Source: an uncultured Candidatus Saccharibacteria bacterium
GTDB taxonomy: Bacteria; Patescibacteriota; Minisyncoccia; UBA6257; UBA9933
Assembly: GCA_964398445.1 (NCBI GenBank)
Contig: CAYNMK010000001.1
Location: 1-59,253, forward strand
Length of the DNA: 59,253 nt
Reading direction: 5' to 3'
How positions within the stretch are numbered: the first letter of the stretch is position 1; every line of letters begins with the position of its first letter. A model generated the notes under the pieces. The model saw nothing but the letters and a program-made list of their open reading frames with translations. It was not told where the DNA came from and did not search any database. Shown one piece after another: positions 36,459-46,463 of this stretch. Position numbers and translations under genes: made by a program.

Positions 36459-37820
36459 ATGTTTCAGCCCTTTCTTGATTTTTTTCCTATTATTTTAGAA
36501 TTTTTTAAGGTAAATTTTATAATTTTCCAATGGCTGGGAATTTTTATTTTATTAATAATATTAATTAAAGCATTTAAAGCAACTTTGCTTTTTTATAATC
36601 AATCTGTTTTTAAACAGGGAATTGAATGGACTTTTTTAGAAATTAAAATTCCAAGAGAAGTTCAAAGGACGCCAATGGCAATGGAGCAGTTTTTTGTGAA
36701 TATTCATGCGCTAAAGAATGCTCCAGGTAATTTTTTTGAAAAATATATTGACGGAGAGGTGCCAATGTGGTGGAGCTTAGAAATAACAAGTTTTGGCGGA
36801 GAGGTTCATTTTTACATCAGAACTCCTAAAAAGCATAAGAAAATTGTTGAATCTGGTCTTTATGCTCAGTACCCTTATATAGAGATATCTGAAGTAAGGG
36901 ATTATATGGATGCATTTCCTAAAGAAACTAGTGAGATTTATCAAAAAGGGGGCGATATTTTTGGCGGTGAATTTATTTTAACTAAAGATGATTTTTATCC
37001 AATTACTACTTATGAGTATTTTGAAAAAGTTAAAGGAGAGCTGGCTTTTGACCCTATATCTACGCTTTTAGAAGTATTATCTAATATTGGCAAAGAAGAA
37101 ACGGTTTTTATTCAAATCCTTATTCGCCCAGTTGGATCTGAATGGCATCAAGCTGGAAAGAAGTTTATAGCTGAATTAAGTAGCGGGAAAAAAAAGAAGA
37201 AAAGCGGAAATTCTTTGATTAATATTGTAAGAAATATACTTATGGCGCCCGTTCAAATTCCTGAATGGGGCGAAAAAAGTGAAGATAAAAAAGGAGAAGA
37301 TTCAGCTAACAAATTAACATCTGAAGAAAAAAAGATTATTGAAGTAATTGATGAAAAAATTTCTAAACCTAGCTTTGATATAATAATTCGCTATATTTAT
37401 TCTGCGCCAAATTCTATTTTTAGCGCTAATTTCATCTCAAAAGGTATTTTGGGGGCCATAAATCAATATTCTTCGCAATCCCTTAATTCTTTTAAGGGCA
37501 ATGCTATGTCTGAGACTAGGGGTCGTTGGATTTATTTTCCTTATTTTTTCATAAAGCAAAAAATTGAGGTTAGAAAACAGCGAATTTTGTATAATTACCG
37601 CAACAGAAAGATGCCTGAAGAATTAAAATTAGGCGAAATTTATGCTTCGCATTATTTAGATTCCAATGTTAAGTCAAAGAGTTTTGTTTTAAATGTTGCA
37701 GAATTAGCTACTATTTATCATGTTCCAGCTGAAGAAGTTTTAACTGCTCCACATACCAAGAGGGCGGAAAGCAAAACAATAGGCCCGCCAGCTGGCTTGC
37801 CGATTTTTGCGGAAGAATAA
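36459..37820 (+). CDS. hypothetical membrane protein (first gene of the ATPase module)
   Basis: 453 aa. Two N-terminal hydrophobic segments, then a soluble domain (LEIKIPREVQRTP..WWSLEITSFGGEVHFYIRTP) and a K-rich linker. No family recognised. Confidence 0.5.
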   Translation: MFQPFLDFFPIILEFFKVNFIIFQWLGIFILLIILIKAFKATLLFYNQSVFKQGIEWTFLEIKIPREVQRTPMAMEQFFVNIHALKNAPGNFFEKYIDGEVPMWWSLEITSFGGEVHFYIRTPKKHKKIVESGLYAQYPYIEISEVRDYMDAFPKETSEIYQKGGDIFGGEFILTKDDFYPITTYEYFEKVKGELAFDPISTLLEVLSNIGKEETVFIQILIRPVGSEWHQAGKKFIAELSSGKKKKKSGNSLINIVRNILMAPVQIPEWGEKSEDKKGEDSANKLTSEEKKIIEVIDEKISKPSFDIIIRYIYSAPNSIFSANFISKGILGAINQYSSQSLNSFKGNAMSETRGRWIYFPYFFIKQKIEVRKQRILYNYRNRKMPEELKLGEIYASHYLDSNVKSKSFVLNVAELATIYHVPAEEVLTAPHTKRAESKTIGPPAGLPIFAEE

Positions 37821-37839
37821 AAATTTTTAAATTTTAAAC

Positions 37840-38313
37840 ATGACTGAATTTTTTTTTATTTTAAGAATTATTATAATTATTTTATTGGTCGGCCTTTTTA
37901 TTGGTATATTATTTTTACTTATAAAATCATTTTATTTTAGGCCTAAGTTGAGGATTTTTCAGGCACTTAATTTTTTAAAAGCGCCCAAGGTTTCTAATGA
38001 AGAATTTATTCGTGAAAAATGGGGAAAATTATTAGGAAAAATAAAATCTGGCGATGAACAAACTCTGCGTTTGGCAATTATTGAGGCCGATAATTTGGTT
38101 GACGCAATTTTAATTAAGCGTGGCTATCAGGGGGAAAGCATGGGAAAACGTTTAAAATCAATTAATTTTGACGAAACAAACCTCAACGATTTATGGAGGG
38201 CGCATAAAATTAGGAACAGAATAGCTCATGAGTCAGAATTTCACATCACAGAGATTGAGTCCAGAAAAATAATAGGCATTTATCATAAGGCGTTAAAGGA
38301 TTTAATGGCTTAA
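37840..38313 (+). CDS. small membrane-anchored protein with HEPN-like RNxxxH motif
   Basis: 157 aa. N-terminal TM helix (FFFILRIIIIILLVGLFIGILFLLI), then a helical domain ending in LWRAHKIRNRIAHES (R-N-x-x-x-H). Confidence 0.4.
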   Translation: MTEFFFILRIIIIILLVGLFIGILFLLIKSFYFRPKLRIFQALNFLKAPKVSNEEFIREKWGKLLGKIKSGDEQTLRLAIIEADNLVDAILIKRGYQGESMGKRLKSINFDETNLNDLWRAHKIRNRIAHESEFHITEIESRKIIGIYHKALKDLMA

Positions 38314-38389
38314 GAATTAAGACTAATTAACACATTAAGCTGATATTAGTTTTTAGGTTTTGTGTAGTTTTTATGAACAAATTGAAGCA

Positions 38390-39757
38390 ATGAAAGAAAA
38401 TAAAGTTAAAATAATTAAATACGCTCCTCCTCCGCCTGATTTGCCTATTTATGGCCAGGTAAGTCCAGACGAATTTTCTTTTTTTGGAAGGACTAATTAT
38501 GAAACCGATTTGGAGTCAAAAAAATTTATATTTGGCGTTAAACGAAAAGATCGGCGTCGCCATTTTTATATTGTTGGTAAGTCAGGTACCGGAAAGTCAA
38601 AACTTTTAGAATTATTTATTAGGCAGGATATTATTTGCGGGCATGGAGTTTGTTTGATGGATTCGCATGGTGATGTTGTTGCTGATATTCTTGATTTTGT
38701 GCCTGAGAACAGAATAAAAGATGTAATTTTAATTGACCCATCGGATGCCCAGTGGCCAGCGTCTTTTAATCCATTATTTAATATTGCCCCTGAATTAAGG
38801 CATCGGACTGCTCAAGGATTGACAGAAATAATGGAAAAGCAGTTTGGCGCCAACTGGACGCCGCGATTGGAATATATTTTTAGATTTATATCTTTGGCTT
38901 TGTTGGATTACCCCCGCGCCACAATACAAGGAATGATTTTAATGCTTACAGACCATAATTATCGCCAAAAAGTTATTAAATATATTGAAGATGAGGCAAT
39001 TAAGCGTTTTTGGGCTATTGAATTTGTTAGTTGGTCCGAAAGGTTTGATGCCGAAGCCATTATTCCTTTGCTTAATAAGTTAGGGAAGTTTTTTTCTAAT
39101 CCTTTATTGCGTTATATTTTTAGTCAAAAAGAAGGCAAGGTTAATATTGAAAAAATAATAAATGAAAAAAAAATTCTTTTGATTAATTTATCAAAAGGAA
39201 AATTAGATGAAGAAAGTTTTAATTTTTTTAGTTCAATCTTTATTTTTAAAATTCATCAGGCTGGAGTGGGGAGAGCTAGTATGCCCAAAGAAGAGAAAAA
39301 AGATTTTTATCTTTATATTGATGAGTTTTACGATATTACCACTGACGCCTTTGTCAATATTTTAACTGAAACTAAAAAATATGGCATTGCGCTTACAATT
39401 ACGCATCAATATAGAGCCCAGTTTTCGTCGCAGATTATGGCGATTATTTTAAATAATGTAGCTAATATGGTTATTTTTAGGCTTGGCGGCGAAGACGCTA
39501 AGTTTTTTGAAAAAGAAATGGCTCCTGTTTTTAAGGATAGGGATATGATTAATTTAGGGATGCAAGAATTTTATATCAAAATGATTATTAATGGTGAAGC
39601 CTATGATCCTTTTTCAGCTAAGACCTTGAATATTTTGCCAGCTGTCCATCCTTCCTATAGGGATAAAATTATTAAACATAATCACCAAGTTTATTGTATG
39701 TCATTAGAAGAGGTAAAAAGAGAAATTGCCGAAGAAGAGGGACTAATTATTGCATAA
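38390..39757 (+). CDS. VirD4/TraD-like (FtsK/HerA-superfamily) P-loop ATPase without TM segment
   Basis: The track ORF starts at TTG 38360; ATG 38390 (MKENKVK) is preferred. Walker A IVGKSGTGKSKL, Walker B LYIDEFYD, and KYGIALTITHQYRAQF resembling the TraG/TraD C-terminal NTPase region. Confidence 0.6.
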   Translation: MKENKVKIIKYAPPPPDLPIYGQVSPDEFSFFGRTNYETDLESKKFIFGVKRKDRRRHFYIVGKSGTGKSKLLELFIRQDIICGHGVCLMDSHGDVVADILDFVPENRIKDVILIDPSDAQWPASFNPLFNIAPELRHRTAQGLTEIMEKQFGANWTPRLEYIFRFISLALLDYPRATIQGMILMLTDHNYRQKVIKYIEDEAIKRFWAIEFVSWSERFDAEAIIPLLNKLGKFFSNPLLRYIFSQKEGKVNIEKIINEKKILLINLSKGKLDEESFNFFSSIFIFKIHQAGVGRASMPKEEKKDFYLYIDEFYDITTDAFVNILTETKKYGIALTITHQYRAQFSSQIMAIILNNVANMVIFRLGGEDAKFFEKEMAPVFKDRDMINLGMQEFYIKMIINGEAYDPFSAKTLNILPAVHPSYRDKIIKHNHQVYCMSLEEVKREIAEEEGLIIA

Positions 39758-39841
39758 TTTGCAAGAAATCCGAGTATTGTTTACAATATTATTATCTGAC
39801 AGATATTTTTTGTTAAAGATTTTTATAAGTTAAACAATTTT

Positions 39842-40537
39842 ATGCAAAAAGGCGCGCTAATTAGCTTAACTATCGTTTTACTTTTTATTGTATTTTTTAC
39901 GGATTTTTTTATTAAGAAAAATTTTTTAAATAAGCCGATTGATTTTTTAAAATCTGTTTTAGTTTGCGGTGATCTTTATCAAAAAAATTTGTTTCTTAAA
40001 AAAGAAAATAAAGACCTAAAGGCTCAGGCGCGGTTGATAGAAATAAGAGGGGGCAAAAAAGAAGAAGGAGAAAAATTAACAGCTAAAATTTTTTCTACTG
40101 ATCCGTTTAATATTAAAAATATTCTTACTTTAAATGTTGGAAAAAAACATGGTATAAAAGAAGGAATGACAGTTACTGTGAGTGAAAATATTTTACTTGG
40201 TAAAATTACAGAGGTTTTTGAAAATAAAAGTTTGGCTCAAACAATGTTTGATCCACGATGGCAAATGTCGGTGAGAATTGGTAAAAATAAAGTTAATGGT
40301 TTTTTGTCTGCGGGCGCTGAGCCCGGGGTTGTATCATTGAAAGAAGGTGATCTGATTCAAATTGGCGATATTGTTTATTCGGCAGATTCGGATTTTCCTT
40401 ATGGTTTGAAAATTGGTGAAATTTCAAAAATTAGGCGAACAGGGGGAGGACTTTTTAAAGAAGCGATTTTAACGATGCCTTATATTATTAATGATTTAAG
40501 AGAGGCGTATGTTTATATGGGTTCGCATATATATTAA
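39842..40537 (+). CDS. mreC: rod shape-determining protein MreC-like
   Basis: 231 aa. N-terminal TM helix, coiled coil (LKKENKDLKAQ) and a beta-rich C-terminus (GDIVYSADSDFPYGLKIGEISKI). Confidence 0.65.
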   Translation: MQKGALISLTIVLLFIVFFTDFFIKKNFLNKPIDFLKSVLVCGDLYQKNLFLKKENKDLKAQARLIEIRGGKKEEGEKLTAKIFSTDPFNIKNILTLNVGKKHGIKEGMTVTVSENILLGKITEVFENKSLAQTMFDPRWQMSVRIGKNKVNGFLSAGAEPGVVSLKEGDLIQIGDIVYSADSDFPYGLKIGEISKIRRTGGGLFKEAILTMPYIINDLREAYVYMGSHIY

Positions 40538-40600
40538 ATTATTAAAAAATAATAACCGCAGAACTTTTAAGATGCATTAATTGCAAGATACATATGTGCA

Positions 40601-40629
40601 TTGACAAAAAAAATATAAAATTATAAAAT
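40601..40629 (+). promoter_or_regulatory. candidate promoter of the UPF0182 gene
   Basis: TTGACA (40601-40606), 17 nt, TAAAAT (40624-40629). The ATG at 40642 implies a very short leader. Confidence 0.4.
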
Positions 40630-40641
40630 ATATAAGATAAA

Positions 40642-43389
40642 ATGTATAAAAAAATTGCTATTTTTAGTATTTATGGATTAATAATACTCGCGTTATTTTT
40701 AGTGCCTACTGCCATTGGGTTGCTTGTTGATTGGTATTGGTTTAAAGAAATCGGGCATAGCGATATTTTCACTACCATTTTAAGCGCTAAGGTATTATTA
40801 GGCGTGGGCGTTGGTCTTGTTAGCTTTATTATTATTTATAAAAGTTTTTGGATTGCTAAGCGAATACTTGGCCCAAGCTTGATTGCTGTTCGTTTTAGTT
40901 CTAATCAGAGCAATGCCCAAGAAGTTCAAATAGGAAAATATCTTAATAAATTAATTTTGCCAGTTTCTCTTGTTATTGGCTTTCTAACAGGGCTTGTTGG
41001 GTCAGGCAAATGGGAGGCTGTTCTTAAATATTTTTACGCTGTACCTTTTAATGTGTATGACCCGATATTTGGTCGTGATATTTCTTTTTATATTTTCAGT
41101 TTGCCTTTTATTGAATTTTTAATTGGTTTAGGTTTTTGGATTATTATCGTTTCTCTGCTTGGCGTAATTGCAATTTATAGTACTGGGGGGGCTTTGGCAT
41201 TTAAGCAGGTAACAACAGGCGCTAATACAGTTAAAAAGCTGTTTGTAGAAAAAATGGCTAAAATTCACCTCTCAAGTCTTATTGGATTTTTATTTATTTT
41301 AACAGCTCTTCAGATTTACGCTATTAGAATTCCTTCTTTACTTTATAATACCACTGGATTATTTACAGGGGCAGGTTACACAGATATTAACGCAGTCTTA
41401 CCATTTTTAAAAATACTTATTGTTGTTGCTATTGTTGCAGCTGTTCTAGTCCTTATAAATGCGTTTAAATCAAATAATCGCTTTGCGTTTATAGCTTTTG
41501 GCTCTTATTTTTTAACATCTTTAATAGGAGGCTGGGCTTATCCGGCTATTATTCAAAAATTAGTAGTTTTACCAAATGAATTAGCAAGAGAAACTCCTTT
41601 TATTGAGCATCATATCGCAGGCACAAAAGCCGCCTTTGGTTTAGACAGGGTGATAGAGCGTAGTTTAACTGGGGAAGCAGTGCTTACAATAGATGATATA
41701 AATAATAATCAATTAACTGTTCAAAACATACGGCTTTGGGATAGCGGGCCATTATTAGACACTTTTGGTCAGCTTCAGGAAATTCGTACTTATTATGACT
41801 TTGTTTCAATTGATACTGATCGTTATTATATTAACGGAGAATTACGTCAGGTTTTACTCTCCCCGAGAGAACTTAATTCAGCTAGTTTACCTCAGCGTAC
41901 CTTTATTAATGAACGATTAACTTTTACTCATGGATTTGGCTTGACATTAAGTCCGGTTAACGAAGTTGCGCAAGGAGGTTTGCCAAATCTTTTTGTTAAA
42001 AATCTTCCGCCCCACACTGACATAGAGTCACTTGTAATAACTCGTCCTGAAATATATTTCGGAGAATTAGTAAACGACTGGGTAGTGGTGAATACGAAAA
42101 ACAAAGAGTTTAATTATCCTTCTGGTGAAGAAAATGTCTTTAAAAGATACGCAGGAGAGGGTGGAGTCCAAATAAGTTCAACTTTTAGGAGGATTTTATT
42201 TGCTTTGCACTTTAGGTCAATGAAACTTTTTTTGTCTGATGATATTACTAGTGATTCGCGAATAATGTATAATCGAAATATTACAGAAAGAGTGGAGCGA
42301 GCGCTGCCATTCTTGAGCTTTGATAATGATCCATATATGGTTATTACTGAAAAAGGTGAGCTAAAGTGGATATATGACGCTTATACTACTTCAGATCGTT
42401 TTCCGTATTCTGAGCTTGTGGCTAATATATTTAGCCCATTTCCTGATAGTCGCATTAATTATATTAGGAATTCGGTTAAAGTTGTAATTGATGCTTACGA
42501 TGGCAAAATGAGATTTTATATCAGTGACCCAGAGGATCCGATTATTAAAACTTATGCTAAAATTTTTCAAAATGCATTTTTGCCGATAAGTGAAATGTGT
42601 GCCAATCTTAGGAAGCACATTAGATATCCTCAGGATTTGTTTGCTTATCAAACAGCCCTTTATACTATTTATCATATGGATGAAGCGCGAATTTTTTATA
42701 ACAAAGAAGACCAATGGGAAATTCCATCAATTATGGGTGGAGCTGCGACTGATCAAATGATGAGGCATATGATTATGAAATTGCCAGGAGAGAAAAGAGA
42801 GGAATTTATTTTAATGATTCCGTTTACTCCGCGAGGCAAAGACAATATGTCAGCATGGATGGTAGCTCGTAATGACGGAGAGCATTACGGCGAGTTAATT
42901 GTTTATCGTTTTCCAAAGCAAAAATTGATTTTTGGACCTAATCAAGTTATGAATCGTATTAATCAGGATGCCGATATTTCTCGTCAACTTTCTCTTTGGG
43001 ATCAAGGGGGTTCTGAGGTGATTAGGGGAAGTCTTTTGGCAATTCCTATTGAAGAGTCGCTTATTTATGTTCAACCGATTTATTTGAGAGCTGTAGGGGG
43101 CAGAATACCAGAGCTTAAAAGAGTAATTGTGGCTTATGGGAATCGCATTTCTATGAAAGAGACATTGGATATGGCGTTAGTAGATGTATTTGGTGGGCAG
43201 GTTATGGCAATTGAAGAAAGAGAAGTTAAAGAAATTAAAAAAATCACCCCAATTGAATCTTTTGATCAGAGCGACTTAATTAAACGGGCTAAAAATTATT
43301 TTAGCCGCGCTATGCAAGCCCGGCAACAAGGCGATTGGGCTTTATACGGAGAAAAGATTAAAAAATTAGGAGAAATATTATCTCCATAA
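40642..43389 (+). CDS. UPF0182 family large membrane protein
   Basis: 915 aa. About 7 N-terminal TM helices plus a large soluble domain with conserved segments (YRFPKQKLIFGPNQV, SLWDQGGSEVIRGSLLAIPIEESLIYVQPIYL). Confidence 0.8.
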   Translation: MYKKIAIFSIYGLIILALFLVPTAIGLLVDWYWFKEIGHSDIFTTILSAKVLLGVGVGLVSFIIIYKSFWIAKRILGPSLIAVRFSSNQSNAQEVQIGKYLNKLILPVSLVIGFLTGLVGSGKWEAVLKYFYAVPFNVYDPIFGRDISFYIFSLPFIEFLIGLGFWIIIVSLLGVIAIYSTGGALAFKQVTTGANTVKKLFVEKMAKIHLSSLIGFLFILTALQIYAIRIPSLLYNTTGLFTGAGYTDINAVLPFLKILIVVAIVAAVLVLINAFKSNNRFAFIAFGSYFLTSLIGGWAYPAIIQKLVVLPNELARETPFIEHHIAGTKAAFGLDRVIERSLTGEAVLTIDDINNNQLTVQNIRLWDSGPLLDTFGQLQEIRTYYDFVSIDTDRYYINGELRQVLLSPRELNSASLPQRTFINERLTFTHGFGLTLSPVNEVAQGGLPNLFVKNLPPHTDIESLVITRPEIYFGELVNDWVVVNTKNKEFNYPSGEENVFKRYAGEGGVQISSTFRRILFALHFRSMKLFLSDDITSDSRIMYNRNITERVERALPFLSFDNDPYMVITEKGELKWIYDAYTTSDRFPYSELVANIFSPFPDSRINYIRNSVKVVIDAYDGKMRFYISDPEDPIIKTYAKIFQNAFLPISEMCANLRKHIRYPQDLFAYQTALYTIYHMDEARIFYNKEDQWEIPSIMGGAATDQMMRHMIMKLPGEKREEFILMIPFTPRGKDNMSAWMVARNDGEHYGELIVYRFPKQKLIFGPNQVMNRINQDADISRQLSLWDQGGSEVIRGSLLAIPIEESLIYVQPIYLRAVGGRIPELKRVIVAYGNRISMKETLDMALVDVFGGQVMAIEEREVKEIKKITPIESFDQSDLIKRAKNYFSRAMQARQQGDWALYGEKIKKLGEILSP

Positions 43390-43392
43390 AAT

Positions 43393-43417
43393 AAAAGGAG
43401 GGTCAAGCCCTCCTTTT
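43393..43417. terminator. bidirectional intrinsic terminator
   Basis: AAAAGGAGGG-tcaag-CCCTCCTTTT, a 10-bp stem with an A-run and T-run on either side, between convergent genes. Confidence 0.7.
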
Positions 43418-43434
43418 ATAGATCCTTCTTTTAT

Positions 43435-44187
43435 TTAATCCTTTTCAGCAACTTTTTTAATCAAACCCATCATTTCCGCTGGGAAAATAATAGTGTTTCC
43501 TTTTTCTTTCGCCGCTTCAGCTACTGTTTCCAAATAACGGAAAATAATAGGGCTGGTGCCGAGAATTTCGCCGGCTTCTTTTAATTTTTGAGCTGCTTGT
43601 TGCTCCCCTTCAGCTAAGATTATTTTAGCTCTTCTTACTCGTTCGGCTTCAGCTTGCTTTGCTATAGCTCTTTGCATAGCTTCCGGAACTTCAACGTGCT
43701 TAATCTCCACCGCTGAGACCTTAATGCCCCAAGGGTCAGTGGCTATGTCAATAATCGTATGTAATTTAGCGTTAATTTTGTCGCGTTCAGCTAGAATTTC
43801 GTCAAAGGCTGCTTCGCCTGCCACTCCTCTTAACGATGTTTGAGCAATTTGCGAAGTTGCTTTCATAAAATTTTCCACCTCAACAATAGAACGAATTGGG
43901 TCGGAAACTTTAAAATACAAAACAGCGTCAATTCTAATTGGGATATTATCGCGCGTAATGACGTCTTGAGCTGGCACATCAAGAGTAATCACCCGTAAAT
44001 CCACTCTTACCATTTTTTCAATAATTGGAATAAGTAGAAATAATCCTGGGCCACGTGTATTAACTAATCTGCCTAAACGAAAAATTACTCCTCTCTCATA
44101 TTCGCGGGCGATTTTTATGGCTGAAAAAGCAATAATAACTAGTACTATAATGATGCCCCCTAAAGAGCTAAATATAAATTCTATCAT
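43435..44187 (-). CDS. SPFH/band-7 (stomatin-like) protein
   Basis: 250 aa. N-terminal TM helix, the SPFH core (YERGVIFRLGR..) and an Ala/Glu-rich coiled coil. Confidence 0.85.
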   Translation of the reverse strand: MIEFIFSSLGGIIIVLVIIAFSAIKIAREYERGVIFRLGRLVNTRGPGLFLLIPIIEKMVRVDLRVITLDVPAQDVITRDNIPIRIDAVLYFKVSDPIRSIVEVENFMKATSQIAQTSLRGVAGEAAFDEILAERDKINAKLHTIIDIATDPWGIKVSAVEIKHVEVPEAMQRAIAKQAEAERVRRAKIILAEGEQQAAQKLKEAGEILGTSPIIFRYLETVAEAAKEKGNTIIFPAEMMGLIKKVAEKD

Positions 44188-44262
44188 ATTTTATTAGTTT
44201 AATTGTAAGAAATTTAAACGTTAATAACGTTAGTAATTCCTGTAATTTAACTTAATTTTAAT

Positions 44263-45618
44263 TTAATTTTTAATTTTATCGACCTTTGTAATTAATTTTA
44301 CGATTACAACGTTTCCTTGAACTTTAATAATTTCAACTTTTTTTCCGATTGGTATATCAGCTTCGTCTAAAATATTTTTTGCGGTCCAATCTTCTCGTTC
44401 GATTTTTATTTTGCCAAAAGGATTTAACGGTTTAATAACAATTGCTGTTTCTCCTATGAGAGATTCTGGTCCAGTTTTGATTTTCATTTGTAAAGTTTTA
44501 GCTGACCATTTGCTGACTAATATGAAAAAAACTGAAACTGCAAAAGCTGCTCCAAGTATTAACCAAAAAATAACTTGAGTCAATGGGTTTGACAAAAATG
44601 GTTCTTCTGAAAAAGTTATAATTCCAAAAAGAAATGCCATTGTTCCTCCTATACCTAAAACGCCGAAGCCAGGCGACAGAAAAGCTTCTAAAAGAATTAG
44701 ACTAACCCCTAATATTAAAAATATTATCCCTAGCGTTGAAATAGTTATGGCTCCCATTCCCCATAATCCTAGAAGAAGAAAAATTACGGCAAATGCCCCG
44801 ATTTCTATTTCACCAGTGCGAAATACAAAAAATAATCCTAAGGCGCCTAAAGAAAGTAAGAGCGGCACTAGATGAGGCAAAGAAATAAAAGAAAGAAAAT
44901 GTTCTAGGGAATTTGGTTTTTCATTTTTTACAAAAGCATTATAAATATCAAGCTGGACTAAAAGCTCATCAAAAGATGATGCGGTAAAATCAATAACTTC
45001 GTGTTCAAGTGCTTCTTTGCCGCTTAACGATAAATTTTCTTGAACGAATTTTCCTGCGACTTCGGAATTGCGATTGCGCGCTTCGGCAATTGATTTTATC
45101 CATTGGCTTGTTGCCTTGATAATTTTCTCATCTGGTTGGGCTGCGCCTCCAAAACCTAAGGCGCGTGGTTGAGCCGCACCAATAGAAGCGTTTGGGTGGC
45201 TAACTGCGATTTCCGCAGACAAAAGAATAAAAGTGCCTGCCGAAAAAGCCCAACCGCCGCTTTTATGGACAAACACGACTGTTGTTATTTCGCTCTCTAT
45301 TAAGAGGCGGCTGATTTCTTGGGTGGCCTTTAAGAGTCCGCCGGGCGTATCAATTTGTATAATAAAAAAATTAAACCCGTCTGTTTCTGCTTTTCTAAGG
45401 GTGCGTTCAATAAATTGAACTGTACCAGCTCTAATCTCTTCTTCAACATTGACTACCAAAACTTTAGGTATTTCTTTTTGGCTGTTGTTTTGTTTTTCAG
45501 GGTTTATTGATTCAAGCGCTGATAAATGGGTTGATTGAGCGTTAATTTGGTTTGCGAAAAAAAATATATTTATCCCCAAAAAAATAACTAATAAAAATAA
45601 AAAAGGTTTTAAATTCAT
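44263..45618 (-). CDS. NfeD-like membrane-bound ClpP-class serine protease
   Basis: 451 aa. Signal peptide, ClpP-like domain (IDTPGGL.., SAGTFILLS), 4-5 TM helices and a C-terminal OB-like domain. The pairing with the SPFH gene is classic. Confidence 0.8.
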   Translation of the reverse strand: MNLKPFLFLLVIFLGINIFFFANQINAQSTHLSALESINPEKQNNSQKEIPKVLVVNVEEEIRAGTVQFIERTLRKAETDGFNFFIIQIDTPGGLLKATQEISRLLIESEITTVVFVHKSGGWAFSAGTFILLSAEIAVSHPNASIGAAQPRALGFGGAAQPDEKIIKATSQWIKSIAEARNRNSEVAGKFVQENLSLSGKEALEHEVIDFTASSFDELLVQLDIYNAFVKNEKPNSLEHFLSFISLPHLVPLLLSLGALGLFFVFRTGEIEIGAFAVIFLLLGLWGMGAITISTLGIIFLILGVSLILLEAFLSPGFGVLGIGGTMAFLFGIITFSEEPFLSNPLTQVIFWLILGAAFAVSVFFILVSKWSAKTLQMKIKTGPESLIGETAIVIKPLNPFGKIKIEREDWTAKNILDEADIPIGKKVEIIKVQGNVVIVKLITKVDKIKN

Positions 45619-45666
45619 ATTCTTTTAATTATAAATATCTTTGAATTGCATTACTCATTTTATGCC

Positions 45667-45743
45667 TGTCATCCTGAGGAGGAAGTTTGAAGAATCTTAT
45701 TTTTAACAGATATTATGAGATTTTTCACAAAACTCAGAATGAT
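45667..45743. repeat. copy of the GTCATYCTGAG palindromic repeat
   Basis: GTCATCCTGAG..GAAGAATCT..loop..CTCAGAATGAT. The outer arms are inverted complements (45667-45677 and 45733-45743). Confidence 0.6.
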
Positions 45744-45890
45744 AGAATGAAGGTATTTCATAATTCATAGATAGTATTATAAATAATGTTCAAATTTATA
45801 ATAAATAAAAATATTATTTATATTGTAATTCAATTGTAATTCAATTACAATGCCGTTGAGCGTGGTTGAGCCTTGTTTAATTTTTATTAT

Positions 45891-46463
45891 ATGACTGAAT
45901 ATTTCACTGAAGCTATAGTGCTTGATAAAAAAGAATTAGGTGATTTTGATAGTTTAATTTATTTATATACTAAAGATTTAGGATTAGTAAAGGCTAAGGC
46001 AAAAAGTATTCGCAAAATCACCTCTAAGTTGGCTGGTCATTTAGAGCCGATGAATTTTGTAAGGGTAAAATTAATCGAGAAAAATGGTTTTCGGGTAGTT
46101 GATGCTTTGGCGCCAAGGCAAAGAAAAAAATCTAAGATATCAATTGAAAATTTTTCTAAATCATTAGCATTGCTTCAATTTGTTAAAGAAACAACATTTG
46201 AACTTCAATCGGATATTTATTTTTGGCGGGAAATAAAAAAAGCTTTAGTTAGCGATTTTAATGAGAAAATTAATTATTTTACGTATGAGCATATATGCGA
46301 GGTTTATCGTAATTTATTAAAAATTTTGGGTTTTAACCCAAAATTTGCTAGTTGTCATTGTTGCGGCGATAAAGTAGTAAATTATTTTTATAAAATTGAT
46401 CAAATATTTTTTTGTTTAAAATGCGGTGGTAAAATTCCTAAAGATGAGGTAATATTAATTTAA
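45891..46463 (+). CDS. recO: DNA repair protein RecO
   Basis: The track ORF starts at TTG 45873; ATG 45891 is preferred. OB-fold start (TEAIVLDKKELGDFDSLIYLYTKDLGLVKAKAKSIRK) and a C-terminal Cys4 zinc motif (CHCCG..CLKCG). Confidence 0.75.
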   Translation: MTEYFTEAIVLDKKELGDFDSLIYLYTKDLGLVKAKAKSIRKITSKLAGHLEPMNFVRVKLIEKNGFRVVDALAPRQRKKSKISIENFSKSLALLQFVKETTFELQSDIYFWREIKKALVSDFNEKINYFTYEHICEVYRNLLKILGFNPKFASCHCCGDKVVNYFYKIDQIFFCLKCGGKIPKDEVILI

